Virus record (IMG/VR): IMGVR_UViG_3300025383_000009
Length of the DNA: 64,000 nt
Source of the DNA: a virus
Lineage: Duplodnaviria; Caudoviricetes
Strand: one strand, 5' to 3'
Made by a program: the position numbers and the translations under genes. The notes under the pieces are model-generated. The model saw nothing but the letters and a program-made list of their open reading frames with translations. It was not told where the DNA came from and did no database searches. Shown in pieces: positions 35,443-44,763 of this stretch (positions within the stretch are counted from its first letter, which is position 1; every line of letters begins with the position of its first letter).

Positions 35443-38166
35443 TTAATATCCCTCTCTTCTTAGTTTTTTAGCGGCATCAATGATGCGTTGGTTATGTTTT
35501 GAAATCTTGCCTTTAATGCCAGCTTTTTCTGCAGGATGTTCTGCTGCTGCATGTTGTTTATGAAGCTCATGAGCATGTGTCAATGACTTACCCATATAGT
35601 CTGTCCACTTTTCATCAGTAGGCATGTTTGCTTCTGCGACTCTTTCTATGTCTGCAGTCCTGATACCAAACATCTTACGATGTTGAGATTTATGTTTACC
35701 ATACTTCTTAAAGTATTTGAGGCTATCTAAGTTTTTCATATCGTCCTCAACGTTCTTTGTTAAGAAGCCTTCTTTCATACCCATCATCTTTTTCTTTTGT
35801 TCTGCATCCTTCTTAGGAGTCTCTATGCCTTTATCAGCAGGGTTGTTTTGACCTGTAAAAGCTCTCTGTGCAACTTCTCTATTCTTAAAAAAGTTAGCAA
35901 GTACTTTATGACCTCTTGACTCTTCAACTTCTTCCTTCTTCATGACTTTAGATTGTGTCTTAACTTGCATGGTTTTAGGTTTAACTTGTGATCCTGGAAT
36001 ACCATCATGATGATGGGCTTCTGTTAATGATTTATGCGGTACAGATGTCTTTTGTGTACCATATGAACCACCATGGAAGTGTACTGTATCATTGTCACGT
36101 GTAGCTTTCCATTTACGACCTGTCTCATCTTTAAATGAATGAGATTCACCATGTTTTAACTTAGCGATTGGCTCATGGTGTTCAGGATGTAGTGGGATCG
36201 AGAATGATTTACCGTGGTTAACAGTCTTCATTGTACCCCAATCATACTTACGTGATGACACTGTTGCTTCTTCGATATGTTCTACCTCTTCTTTTTGTGT
36301 GCCAAGCTTCTTAGTAGCACGGTCAATACCAGCGATACGTTTGTTTGCTTTCTTAAAGTCTGCATAAGACTTCTTAGAGTGTTTCTCTGCAGCTTCCCAG
36401 TCACCAGCTCTTGTATAGTGTGATGCCCATTCTCCAGCTTCTTTACCTGCATAAGTATGGGAACCAACATCTCTTGATGCTTTAGGAATGTATCTCATAA
36501 GTGTTGACTTAGATACTTCATCGATCTGTACTGATTCACCAATAGTATGAGCTAACTTATGTCTTTTAGCAAATTTTTGTGCTTGTTCAACATGATCTGC
36601 ATGTCCATGAAATTTACCTGATTTATCAATATTATTTTTAATATGATTTAAATCGCGTGACATCACTTTAACATTAAAATTAGATTTGTTATGATCCAAT
36701 TCTTTATCTACAGCATCATGAAATTTAGCAGGTTCATGAAATGTAATAGATTTTGCTTCATCGATCTGCTCTTCTTTAAGTGATCTCTCTGCACGCTCAT
36801 CACCTTTAACTCTATTTGATAGCTTACGCATATCATCTTTAGCAGTCTTCTTATAAGGGCTTTGATGGATAGCATAAGCACGATTCACGTCCTTAGCAGC
36901 TTTATCTCTGTAAGATTGGTATGTGCTCTTCTTTAACTCGTCAAGGTTAACTACTTCTTCTTTAGTTAATTTTTGTTTAGGTGTAACTGTTTGTCCTGCA
37001 GTTGCAGCATCATAAGCTTGACGTATAGTCTTATACTTAGATGGGCCACCTTCAACTGGAACTCCATTTCGTGTTGCACCACCACCTGCTTGTACTTTAA
37101 TTGGTTTAGTAGCGACCATCTTCTTAGTGATAGGATCGTATACTTTAGATTCGTCTAACTCTACGTCTTCTTTAGCGAGTTTTTGTTTTGCTTTATAAAC
37201 ACCATCTGCACGATTAAGATACTTCTTATCAAGATGTTTCATTTCAGGTGTATCATCAGAGAATTTACCATGTGTTTTGTCTCTAATATCTCTGAGTTTA
37301 GAATAGTTTTGTTGATACTTATCTTCTTCCTTCTCAGCTTTCTTAACATAAGAACCTAAAGTCTTCTTTGAGATCTCGTCGATTTGTTCAACTTCTTCTT
37401 TTAATTTAGCTACTCTATGTTTGTGCATCTTAACTATATCACCGCTAGCAGTTTTAATATGCCACATATCACCAGTACGTTCTTTTGATGAACCAACAAC
37501 TGTGCCGTGTTTACCAGAATCAAGACCAGAACCAGCTAATACAGCAGCTTTATGACCAACTGCTACTTTAGCATCACGATCGATAGGGCCATGTTCATAT
37601 CCTTCTTTAAAATCTTTAACTTCTTTTTTCTTTTGTGTTAAAGGGATAGGAGGATTTAAAACCTTTTTCTTGTCAACTACATCTGTACCGATACCTTTAT
37701 ACTCAATAGCTTCTGAAAGGTGTGCATCACATGATTTATGTGGACACTTATTAACATGATGCATGAAGTTTTGTGCATGTTCTTTTGATGGGAATTTAAA
37801 GAATACACCTTTATCAGATCCACCTGCATGTTCACCACCATGTTGTTTAACACCAGCCATGACATGCTCTACATCTTTTTCATGTGGTTGTTCATCGTAC
37901 TTAGAACCATCAGATACATGTACTAAATGCTCTTCTTTAGCTTCTCTCATGTCAACTTCTGCTGTAGAATTTTGTGATACTGCAGCTGACTCTTCTCTTT
38001 GTTTAGAATAGTATGCTGCGAGTGCCATTTGTTTACGCTTTGCAGCAGACTTACCTGCAAACTTAGGATTATCTGAGTGTACAAAGTCATCTATCCACTT
38101 ACCAGCTGGTGTGGACTTGGTTAAGATCTCATCTAGTCTTTGTGTTAGGTCTTTGTACGACTTCAT
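35443..38166 (-). CDS. 907-aa modular His-rich protein with CTS-like N-terminus (putative internal-head polyprotein)
   Basis: Starts MKSYKDLTQRLDE; linkers EEVEQIDE, EDVELDE, EEVVNLDE, EEQIDE, ESVQIDE, EEVEHIEE. Confidence 0.7.
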   Translation of the reverse strand: MKSYKDLTQRLDEILTKSTPAGKWIDDFVHSDNPKFAGKSAAKRKQMALAAYYSKQREESAAVSQNSTAEVDMREAKEEHLVHVSDGSKYDEQPHEKDVEHVMAGVKQHGGEHAGGSDKGVFFKFPSKEHAQNFMHHVNKCPHKSCDAHLSEAIEYKGIGTDVVDKKKVLNPPIPLTQKKKEVKDFKEGYEHGPIDRDAKVAVGHKAAVLAGSGLDSGKHGTVVGSSKERTGDMWHIKTASGDIVKMHKHRVAKLKEEVEQIDEISKKTLGSYVKKAEKEEDKYQQNYSKLRDIRDKTHGKFSDDTPEMKHLDKKYLNRADGVYKAKQKLAKEDVELDESKVYDPITKKMVATKPIKVQAGGGATRNGVPVEGGPSKYKTIRQAYDAATAGQTVTPKQKLTKEEVVNLDELKKSTYQSYRDKAAKDVNRAYAIHQSPYKKTAKDDMRKLSNRVKGDERAERSLKEEQIDEAKSITFHEPAKFHDAVDKELDHNKSNFNVKVMSRDLNHIKNNIDKSGKFHGHADHVEQAQKFAKRHKLAHTIGESVQIDEVSKSTLMRYIPKASRDVGSHTYAGKEAGEWASHYTRAGDWEAAEKHSKKSYADFKKANKRIAGIDRATKKLGTQKEEVEHIEEATVSSRKYDWGTMKTVNHGKSFSIPLHPEHHEPIAKLKHGESHSFKDETGRKWKATRDNDTVHFHGGSYGTQKTSVPHKSLTEAHHHDGIPGSQVKPKTMQVKTQSKVMKKEEVEESRGHKVLANFFKNREVAQRAFTGQNNPADKGIETPKKDAEQKKKMMGMKEGFLTKNVEDDMKNLDSLKYFKKYGKHKSQHRKMFGIRTADIERVAEANMPTDEKWTDYMGKSLTHAHELHKQHAAAEHPAEKAGIKGKISKHNQRIIDAAKKLRREGY

Positions 38167-38168
38167 TC

Positions 38169-38627
38169 TTATTCTCCGGGTTTCTTAATTTGTTTTAATG
38201 ATGCGAGGATTTGCCATTCCCACATCTTATGTTTATCCATACGGTCTGCTACAAAGTTAGCAAGGCCTTGTTGTTTTTCTCTTGTAGCATCATCAAATAG
38301 CTCTGTCAATACGTGTAGTATCTCTGTGTTTGCATGTAGTAAGTTAACTAACATCTCACTGATGTTTTCAGGCTTAACTTTATCTTCCTCTATAGTCTTA
38401 TAGCTATGGATCTCTTCAAGGCTGATAGGTGCATACACATCAAGCTTACGCAAGTTCTCTGCAAATGGGTCTACAGCTCCATAGGTGTCTTCATAGATCT
38501 TTTGGAAGAACTTATGGTACTGACTAAAGAACATCCCTTCCACGTTCCAATGGTATGAATGACTCTTGAAGTACATACAAAACGTATTACCCAATGCAAC
38601 CTTCAACGTAGCGATTAGCTTTTCCAT
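38169..38627 (-). CDS. dps: Dps/ferritin-like protein
   Basis: HSYHWNVEG, YHKFF, DPFAE, HKMWEWQ. Confidence 0.85.
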   Translation of the reverse strand: MEKLIATLKVALGNTFCMYFKSHSYHWNVEGMFFSQYHKFFQKIYEDTYGAVDPFAENLRKLDVYAPISLEEIHSYKTIEEDKVKPENISEMLVNLLHANTEILHVLTELFDDATREKQQGLANFVADRMDKHKMWEWQILASLKQIKKPGE

Positions 38628-38629
38628 AT

Positions 38630-40402
38630 TTATTTTCTCTCGGTTTGCTGTCTCATCCATGAATCATAATCTAGGAGAGTATTAAGGTTTTCTTTTTTAA
38701 TCTTCTTTTCAAAGAAAGCACTAAAGCCTTTGCCTTTTTGTTTATTTGGTTCATCATCTGCTGGTGGTGCCATATTAGCTGGTAGTGGTACAACCTTAGT
38801 AACCTTTTGGCCTTCTACTTCACCGTCTGCCGACTCCTGTGTATACTCGCCGTCTTTTGTGATGTAGCATTCTTTACCGTACTTCTTACCAGCTGCTCCA
38901 GCTTCTCCTCTTGATTTATGAGGGCCAGATAAGATATCGTTTGACGCTGTACATCTTACGTAGTAACCAGCTTCGTGTTCAGGTTTGATCTGTACACCTG
39001 CTGTCTCGTTCTTTGTCATCACAGACTCAGTAGCATACATGACTTTACGTCTACGTAGGTGACGATCTGTCTCTAGTGTATGACCAACTTCGGTATGTTT
39101 ATGGAACGGGTACTTTTGTAAATCATCGATCTGCTGTGAGATGTTAGGGTCTAAGACTTGCTTGATCTCTTTGTCATCAGGTATGATGCCTTGGTTCATC
39201 TTATGTAGTTTCATGAAGTCAGAGTATCTTAATACGTCTTGAGCTATGTTATAGGTGTTAGATACGCCTTCCTTGATAGTCATCTTATCAAGCTCGGCTT
39301 TATGTTTTTCCCAATGTTCTTTGTGAGAATCAAAGCATCCTAGTTTCTCTAGTGATTCTCTTGACTTCTTATGAGCTTCTTGAGCATCCTTAACATGTTT
39401 AAAGCCATATAGTTCTGGCTTGGACGGGTCGAAGTCATAGATCTTAAGGTATGCATCAGTTGTCTTGATAGCATTTAACATAGCAACTGGATCTGTAGCT
39501 TTGTCCATAGTTAGTTTAAAGGCTTTTGAGCCTTGTGGACAATGATGCATATTAGTTGTCGTGTAGCCTTTGTAGGAGATCTCATGACCTTCGTTGACCT
39601 CTACTTGCTCAGGCACACAGTTAGGGACTGTCTTACCATTTTTCTTTTTAAGGCCGATAGCCTTGTAGCCTTTCCAACATGCTTTAGATAGGGACTTAGC
39701 TTCTACTAATGACACATCCTTCACCCATTTCCTATGTAAGGTGCCAGTGTTATCAACTACGACTAGGTAGTTTGATCCACGGTCCATGATCTCGTACTGA
39801 TGACCAGCAGACTCAACGATGTCACCCACATGGTAGATCTCACCTTTAAAGTACTTCTCTCTAAGTATGTCTACTGAGAACTTGATATCTTCTTTGATTA
39901 GTTCAAGACCTTGGACTTGTCTCATCTCGTTCATGATCCTACGAGCGTCAAGTTCACGTACCATTGATGGCAGTTGTTTCTTAAACGATGTAAAGTCACC
40001 CTTGGTGACCATTGATTTGATCTTTGAGAAGTCAACGTCATTGCCTGTGGTGACAACGTTCATTGACTCGTATAGCTTGGCTTTATCTTCTGAAGCAACT
40101 ACGATGACATCCTTGTACCTCTTCTTAAGAGCTGTTAGTTCAGAAGCAAAGTTTGACTCGTTCAATGCCTTAAAGTTCATTGAACCAAACATCATCTCAA
40201 GGAAGTGTAGCTTACGATCTACTGGTAGGCTATCCTTGTCTTCTGTAACATAGATTATGTGGTCGGCAGAGTTTGACTCAACTAGCTTATGGACTAGCTT
40301 AAGAGTCATCTCAGTGACCGAGGTAGGCGGGTTAAAGCTTCCGACTGTCATGATGACGGTCTTAGAAGGCAATTCCCGTATGAGTTGTCTATAGTTCTTC
40401 AT
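38630..40402 (-). CDS. CTS-bearing modular protein with degenerate cytidylyltransferase-like N-domain
   Basis: Starts MKNYRQLIRE; GSFNPPT without the catalytic His; SH3-like segment; CWKGY...VPNCVPE module. Confidence 0.65.
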   Translation of the reverse strand: MKNYRQLIRELPSKTVIMTVGSFNPPTSVTEMTLKLVHKLVESNSADHIIYVTEDKDSLPVDRKLHFLEMMFGSMNFKALNESNFASELTALKKRYKDVIVVASEDKAKLYESMNVVTTGNDVDFSKIKSMVTKGDFTSFKKQLPSMVRELDARRIMNEMRQVQGLELIKEDIKFSVDILREKYFKGEIYHVGDIVESAGHQYEIMDRGSNYLVVVDNTGTLHRKWVKDVSLVEAKSLSKACWKGYKAIGLKKKNGKTVPNCVPEQVEVNEGHEISYKGYTTTNMHHCPQGSKAFKLTMDKATDPVAMLNAIKTTDAYLKIYDFDPSKPELYGFKHVKDAQEAHKKSRESLEKLGCFDSHKEHWEKHKAELDKMTIKEGVSNTYNIAQDVLRYSDFMKLHKMNQGIIPDDKEIKQVLDPNISQQIDDLQKYPFHKHTEVGHTLETDRHLRRRKVMYATESVMTKNETAGVQIKPEHEAGYYVRCTASNDILSGPHKSRGEAGAAGKKYGKECYITKDGEYTQESADGEVEGQKVTKVVPLPANMAPPADDEPNKQKGKGFSAFFEKKIKKENLNTLLDYDSWMRQQTERK

Positions 40403-40988
40403 TTTTTGTCGCCAGTTTTTTGCTTAATATTGTTGCTGCTATTTTAGCTTTAGTTTCTTCAGACCTTGGCACTCCTTTAAATGCTGCAGATATTTTAGCT
40501 TTAGTTTCTGCGGAACGTGGAGATCCTTTTACCCAAGGGCATGATTTACCTCTTTTAGCTTCTGACATTTTCTGTTTTGTTTGTTCAGCAATAATTTTGC
40601 CTTTAGCTGAATTAGACATATTTGTTCTTTGTTTTTCAGTATAAATTTTACCTAATTTAGCTTTAGATTGTTTTTCTCTTGTTAACTTAGTAACTATTAT
40701 ACCGCTAGTACCTTCTCCACCATCTGTCATATTATATAATAACCCGGTTCCAAGATCTTTACGACCCCACCAACGGATCATACGACGTTCAAGAGCTAAA
40801 GCTCCAATCTCAGTAAGATTAGTTTCTAGTAGTATTATTTTATTCTTGTCTTTAGGCACTTTAATTCGGCCGTGTGTTTCATACGCACGATCGTTTTTAC
40901 CCTTACCAATATAGTAAGGAATGCCTTTTTTACTTAGATAGGCATATATGTAATATATAGTGCCTAATGGGCTGGGTTTATTCTTCAT
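40389..40988 (-). mobile_element. Free-standing GIY-YIG homing endonuclease with NUMOD3-like repeats
   Basis: YIYAY...YYIGKGK-RAY, YNMTDGGEG, repeated SEETKAKI; AT-rich relative to flanks. Confidence 0.88.
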
Positions 40989-41017
40989 TTAAATCCATCT
41001 ATATAAAAGTATATTAT

Positions 41018-41025
41018 TATTTATA
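41018..41025 (-). promoter_or_regulatory. T4 late promoter upstream of the homing endonuclease
   Basis: TATAAATA overlapping the upstream stop codon. Confidence 0.7.
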
Positions 41026-41257
41026 CTACAGAAAGTATCGTTTTTGTAATATTCACGACCCATCTTGCAGTTACCTCATCTTGTGCAAGCTCTGCGTTAG
41101 CTTGGACGTTACCAATCTCGGTAACTAGATCCTTATACTCTACGTCTGTAAGTATGCCATCATTGTATTGCTCTGTGATGTCATGTAACTGTTGAGCTAA
41201 TGCGCCTTTGATTCCCGGCTCTGCCATGGCAGATCTTAATTCGGTTAAAACACTCAT
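41021..41257 (-). CDS. 78-aa helical protein, paralog of 13761-13997
   Basis: ITEQ, L-D-EY--LV-EI, DE---RW; ATGA coupling. Confidence 0.75.
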   Translation of the reverse strand: MSVLTELRSAMAEPGIKGALAQQLHDITEQYNDGILTDVEYKDLVTEIGNVQANAELAQDEVTARWVVNITKTILSVV

Positions 41258-41610
41258 GATCTTCCTTTCCATGCTGACTCAATCACTTGAAGACGAGTCC
41301 TATTAAGTTTAATGGTGGCTTCACAGTATGCTGGGCTTCCGTCTCTAGCTTTTTGTGCTGCGATGTAGAACTCAGTTACTGCCTTCTGTTGAGGGTCATC
41401 CCTCCATGCTGTATATACATCCAACCAACGGGCATCCTCAATAAGCTTTGCCCAGTCAACTTCTTTCTTATCATTGCAAGATACCTTCTCAATATCTACT
41501 TTAAGGTCTGTAAGCTTGGCTGCTTCTGCAGTATCATGATGCTTGGGTAGTAGGTTAGTTATAGCACACCCATTCAATAGTAGTACACTTACTAATAGTA
41601 GTCTCTTCAT
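41254..41610 (-). CDS. Lipoprotein, paralog of 13994-14350
   Basis: Lipobox LNGC; RDDPQ. Confidence 0.75.
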   Translation of the reverse strand: MKRLLLVSVLLLNGCAITNLLPKHHDTAEAAKLTDLKVDIEKVSCNDKKEVDWAKLIEDARWLDVYTAWRDDPQQKAVTEFYIAAQKARDGSPAYCEATIKLNRTRLQVIESAWKGRS

Positions 41611-42221
41611 TACTTGCTCCCTTGTTGTACGTCATGCATTAGTTCTTTTGCATGTTTATCTGATACATGCTCTGGTACACCCTTACGAAACTCATGGAAG
41701 TTACCTGATTTTGCATGCTCTCTTTGTTTAGTGCCTGATACGCCTGATGTACCCTCAGAATCTGGATCTCTATGACCAGCAGAGTGTACTGTTATCTTCT
41801 TAAAGTTATAATGCCCGTGTCCGGCTTTCTTGTTATTATACCTATTTAACAGCGTCGTCATCTCCTTCTTACGATCTGATCCTACCACAACATGTAGGTG
41901 AGTTACACCTTTCTTATGTAGATCAGCTGCATGGTGTAATATGGTTGGATGCTCGGCAGATGATGCCTTAATGTTTGTCTTAGGTGAGAAGCGTTTAAGG
42001 TGTTTAAGCTTTTGCTCTGGTGATAGTGGGTTCTTTTTCTTATCATGGCTATGTGATGTCACCACTGTATGACCAGCTTCATGTTTATCAGCCACGTCAT
42101 GGACCTTCTTGATAAGTGAAAGATGACCAGTCGTAGGAGGGTTCATACGACCATAAGTCAATACATGATGCTTAGCACCAGTATCCTCTGTGATAAAATC
42201 TTTTAGACTTAGCAATTCCAT
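41610..42221 (-). CDS. Cytidylyltransferase/NMNAT-like (HxGH-class) nucleotidyltransferase with CTS-like N-terminus
   Basis: GRMNPPTTGH, VVGSDR, SAGHRDPD, VSGTKQR; starts MELLSLKDFITE. Confidence 0.78.
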   Translation of the reverse strand: MELLSLKDFITEDTGAKHHVLTYGRMNPPTTGHLSLIKKVHDVADKHEAGHTVVTSHSHDKKKNPLSPEQKLKHLKRFSPKTNIKASSAEHPTILHHAADLHKKGVTHLHVVVGSDRKKEMTTLLNRYNNKKAGHGHYNFKKITVHSAGHRDPDSEGTSGVSGTKQREHAKSGNFHEFRKGVPEHVSDKHAKELMHDVQQGSK

Positions 42222-42484
42222 TTTCTTAAAGCTAATGCCTTCCTTGTTGGTTTGCCATGTTCATCCTTCATAGGACCTTTAACTCCACCCATACGAGCGC
42301 AGAAAGACTTACGTCGTCCTGCAGCCTTACCACCTTTTTTAAGTTTGGATGGTGGTGTTGTTACAGCCATTTTTAAATGATGACCAGGATTCTCTCTGTT
42401 ATACTTATCTACACCAGCACGGGTTAAACCACCGGTCTCTGACTTGTACTTGTCTTCTTTAAGGTACTCTTTAAACGTTAGCAT
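42209..42484 (-). CDS. Small basic CTS-bearing protein (GGLT...RRKSFCARM family)
   Basis: Starts MLTFKEYLKE; RRKSFCARMGG, LALRKWNC. Confidence 0.7.
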   Translation of the reverse strand: MLTFKEYLKEDKYKSETGGLTRAGVDKYNRENPGHHLKMAVTTPPSKLKKGGKAAGRRKSFCARMGGVKGPMKDEHGKPTRKALALRKWNC

Positions 42485-43661
42485 TTGGTTTACGGTTCCT
42501 CATTAAGTTTGCACGACTAAACTCAGCTCTATCTACAAGCTTTGTTGGTTCGTTCTTATGGTTAACTACATAGCCTTCTGGATGTGTCTCCTTACCTTCA
42601 ATGTGATGGCTTAGAGTTCCAGGATGTTGGTTCAATGTCTTTACCAATACGTTCTTTGCTTTTTGGATATGCTGATGCATCTTCAATAAGTTCTCGTATG
42701 AGCTTGCATGCTTATTGATATGGTTAATTTCTTGCTGTGCACCGCGTTGCTTCTCTTCTGCAGCCTTTGTAGTCTTAAGCCTTGATTGGACGATCTGTGA
42801 TTTGTCCATGACATGTTGCTGTAAGCCTCTTACTGTTGGCTTTGCGTTGTTTCGTACTGTTTGGTTGATGTATGTAGCTAGATGACCAGATGCACCTTGA
42901 TGTGGCTCAGTAGCAGCATACATAGTCTTCTTATGTTCGTCATGGATCTTTTGTGCAGCATCCATATGTTTATGAAACTCTTGTTGAGCTTTGTCTCCAT
43001 AGTTTATGATACGTGTATCATGCTCAGCAGTCTTATGCCATACATCTGGATGCTGTCTGAACTTATGCTCGATCTCAGGGCTTGCCTTCATATCACCTAT
43101 ATCTCGACCATGATACTGCTGATGGACGACTACGCCAACCTTTGCTTTCTTAACTTTATTAGCTTCTTGTCCATGAGCTGAGTAGGTAATGGTATTTGGA
43201 GTAAACGAAGTTGATCCGTTTGGATTATGAACCACATCATGATGACTAAACATCATGTCGCCTTGATAGACACCTTTCTTAGGAGTTACCTTTGGTAGAT
43301 GTGTTAATGCATCTTTAAGTTTTTGCACAAGACCTGGAGCATGACCATGATTTCTTTCAATGTCTTCAGGCGTATGGTTAATCTTAGGGTTCTTATTGAA
43401 TGCAGACTTGGTAGCTACAAAGAACTTACCCGTCTTTGGATGATGACCGAATACGATCGCTGGTGAGCCATCATACTTCATCGTTAGGCTTTTATCCTTC
43501 TTACCAGACTTGATATGCTCAGACGCTTGGTTCAATGCACCCTTTGCATGCTCAAAACCTTTGGCTCCATTGATAAGAGGTCTATCCTCAGGATGGGCTA
43601 TATGTGATACTTTGCCCTCTGTAGATATAGCTTCTGTTAAGTATTGTGAAAATGATATCAT
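42471..43661 (-). CDS. RNA-ligase-like nucleotidyltransferase with CTS-like N-terminus
   Basis: Ligase motif I KYDG, FVATK, YQGD, motif IV EGYVV, motif V KLV; starts MISFSQYLTE. Confidence 0.6.
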   Translation of the reverse strand: MISFSQYLTEAISTEGKVSHIAHPEDRPLINGAKGFEHAKGALNQASEHIKSGKKDKSLTMKYDGSPAIVFGHHPKTGKFFVATKSAFNKNPKINHTPEDIERNHGHAPGLVQKLKDALTHLPKVTPKKGVYQGDMMFSHHDVVHNPNGSTSFTPNTITYSAHGQEANKVKKAKVGVVVHQQYHGRDIGDMKASPEIEHKFRQHPDVWHKTAEHDTRIINYGDKAQQEFHKHMDAAQKIHDEHKKTMYAATEPHQGASGHLATYINQTVRNNAKPTVRGLQQHVMDKSQIVQSRLKTTKAAEEKQRGAQQEINHINKHASSYENLLKMHQHIQKAKNVLVKTLNQHPGTLSHHIEGKETHPEGYVVNHKNEPTKLVDRAEFSRANLMRNRKPNANV

Positions 43662-43662
43662 A

Positions 43663-44754
43663 TTATCTTAATGTAAATGTTCCTGCAGTACCTTTATGCG
43701 GACCTGATGTTGATTTAAAAGTCTGTGTAGCTACAGCTTTAACTTTACCATGATCTTTATGACCAGGATTATGGTATGTACCATGGATCGTAGCGCTGAT
43801 GCCACCATGTTTAACATGTAAGTTCTTAAAGTGTTTAAGGTGTTCGTCAGCTATGTGCTCTGAATCATGGACATGTGATGTAGCGGATCCATCATCATGT
43901 ACATGGCTATGAGCTACAAGGTGCTTGAACTTAGTTGGAGGGGATACTTGATCTCTAATATGCTTCCTAAGTTCTGAATCAGACTTCTTAGATAATCCTT
44001 TTGCGTGCTCCTTAGCCATAGCCGTTCTTACAGCAATAGATGATTGTTCAGCTTCATGGGCGCGCTTAGCATCTTTAGACTTTGGTTTAAATTCACCCGT
44101 ACCTTTATGTGCTTTCTTTTCTGCTTCTAACTTAGCTTTATCCATCTTATAGTGTTCGTGTCTTTGCTGTGTAGTACCGTGATAGCCAATAATTTGCATA
44201 TTGTTTTCATGGGCTTTTTGGAGTTTAGTATAGATCCCATGTTTACCTGAATGCTTTTCAAGTGATGCTAGTCCAGCATTCTTAAAATTAGGTTGAGCGT
44301 TTGAACCATACTTTGCTGATATCGGATGGAAATGTTTCTTACCTTTCTTATCATGAGAAGTTACTATCACGTCTGCGTTTGAGTTAACATCCTTATGACC
44401 TGTGGTCTTTTCATGATCTCCAGCTTTTTTCTCTGTGTCTCTGTTGGAAGTCCAATGAACTGCATGGATAGTATGACCTTTTGGGATATGTTTCTTTATC
44501 TCACCTGCAGTTTGCTTAGCATGTTTGTCTATCTCTTTGTATGCTGCATCACCAATCTTTTTCTTTAGTTTAGTGTGTACTTGTTCAGGTGTTCCAGAGT
44601 GTTCAGGGTTATCTGACACAGCTCTATGGTGTTCAGGGAGTTTACCTTTTGGATGGAGATGCTTAGCTAATAATAATTCATGCATCTTACCTTTATCATC
44701 AGCGGCCACTGAAGAGGTTGCAGATTCTACTAAAAAGTCATTAAAGCTTAACAT
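43663..44754 (-). CDS. His-rich CTS-bearing protein, possible PD-(D/E)xK nuclease
   Basis: Starts MLSFNDFLVE; G-x-x-E...NADVIV...ISAKY. Confidence 0.5.
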   Translation of the reverse strand: MLSFNDFLVESATSSVAADDKGKMHELLLAKHLHPKGKLPEHHRAVSDNPEHSGTPEQVHTKLKKKIGDAAYKEIDKHAKQTAGEIKKHIPKGHTIHAVHWTSNRDTEKKAGDHEKTTGHKDVNSNADVIVTSHDKKGKKHFHPISAKYGSNAQPNFKNAGLASLEKHSGKHGIYTKLQKAHENNMQIIGYHGTTQQRHEHYKMDKAKLEAEKKAHKGTGEFKPKSKDAKRAHEAEQSSIAVRTAMAKEHAKGLSKKSDSELRKHIRDQVSPPTKFKHLVAHSHVHDDGSATSHVHDSEHIADEHLKHFKNLHVKHGGISATIHGTYHNPGHKDHGKVKAVATQTFKSTSGPHKGTAGTFTLR

Positions 44755-44763
44755 ACATCTTCC

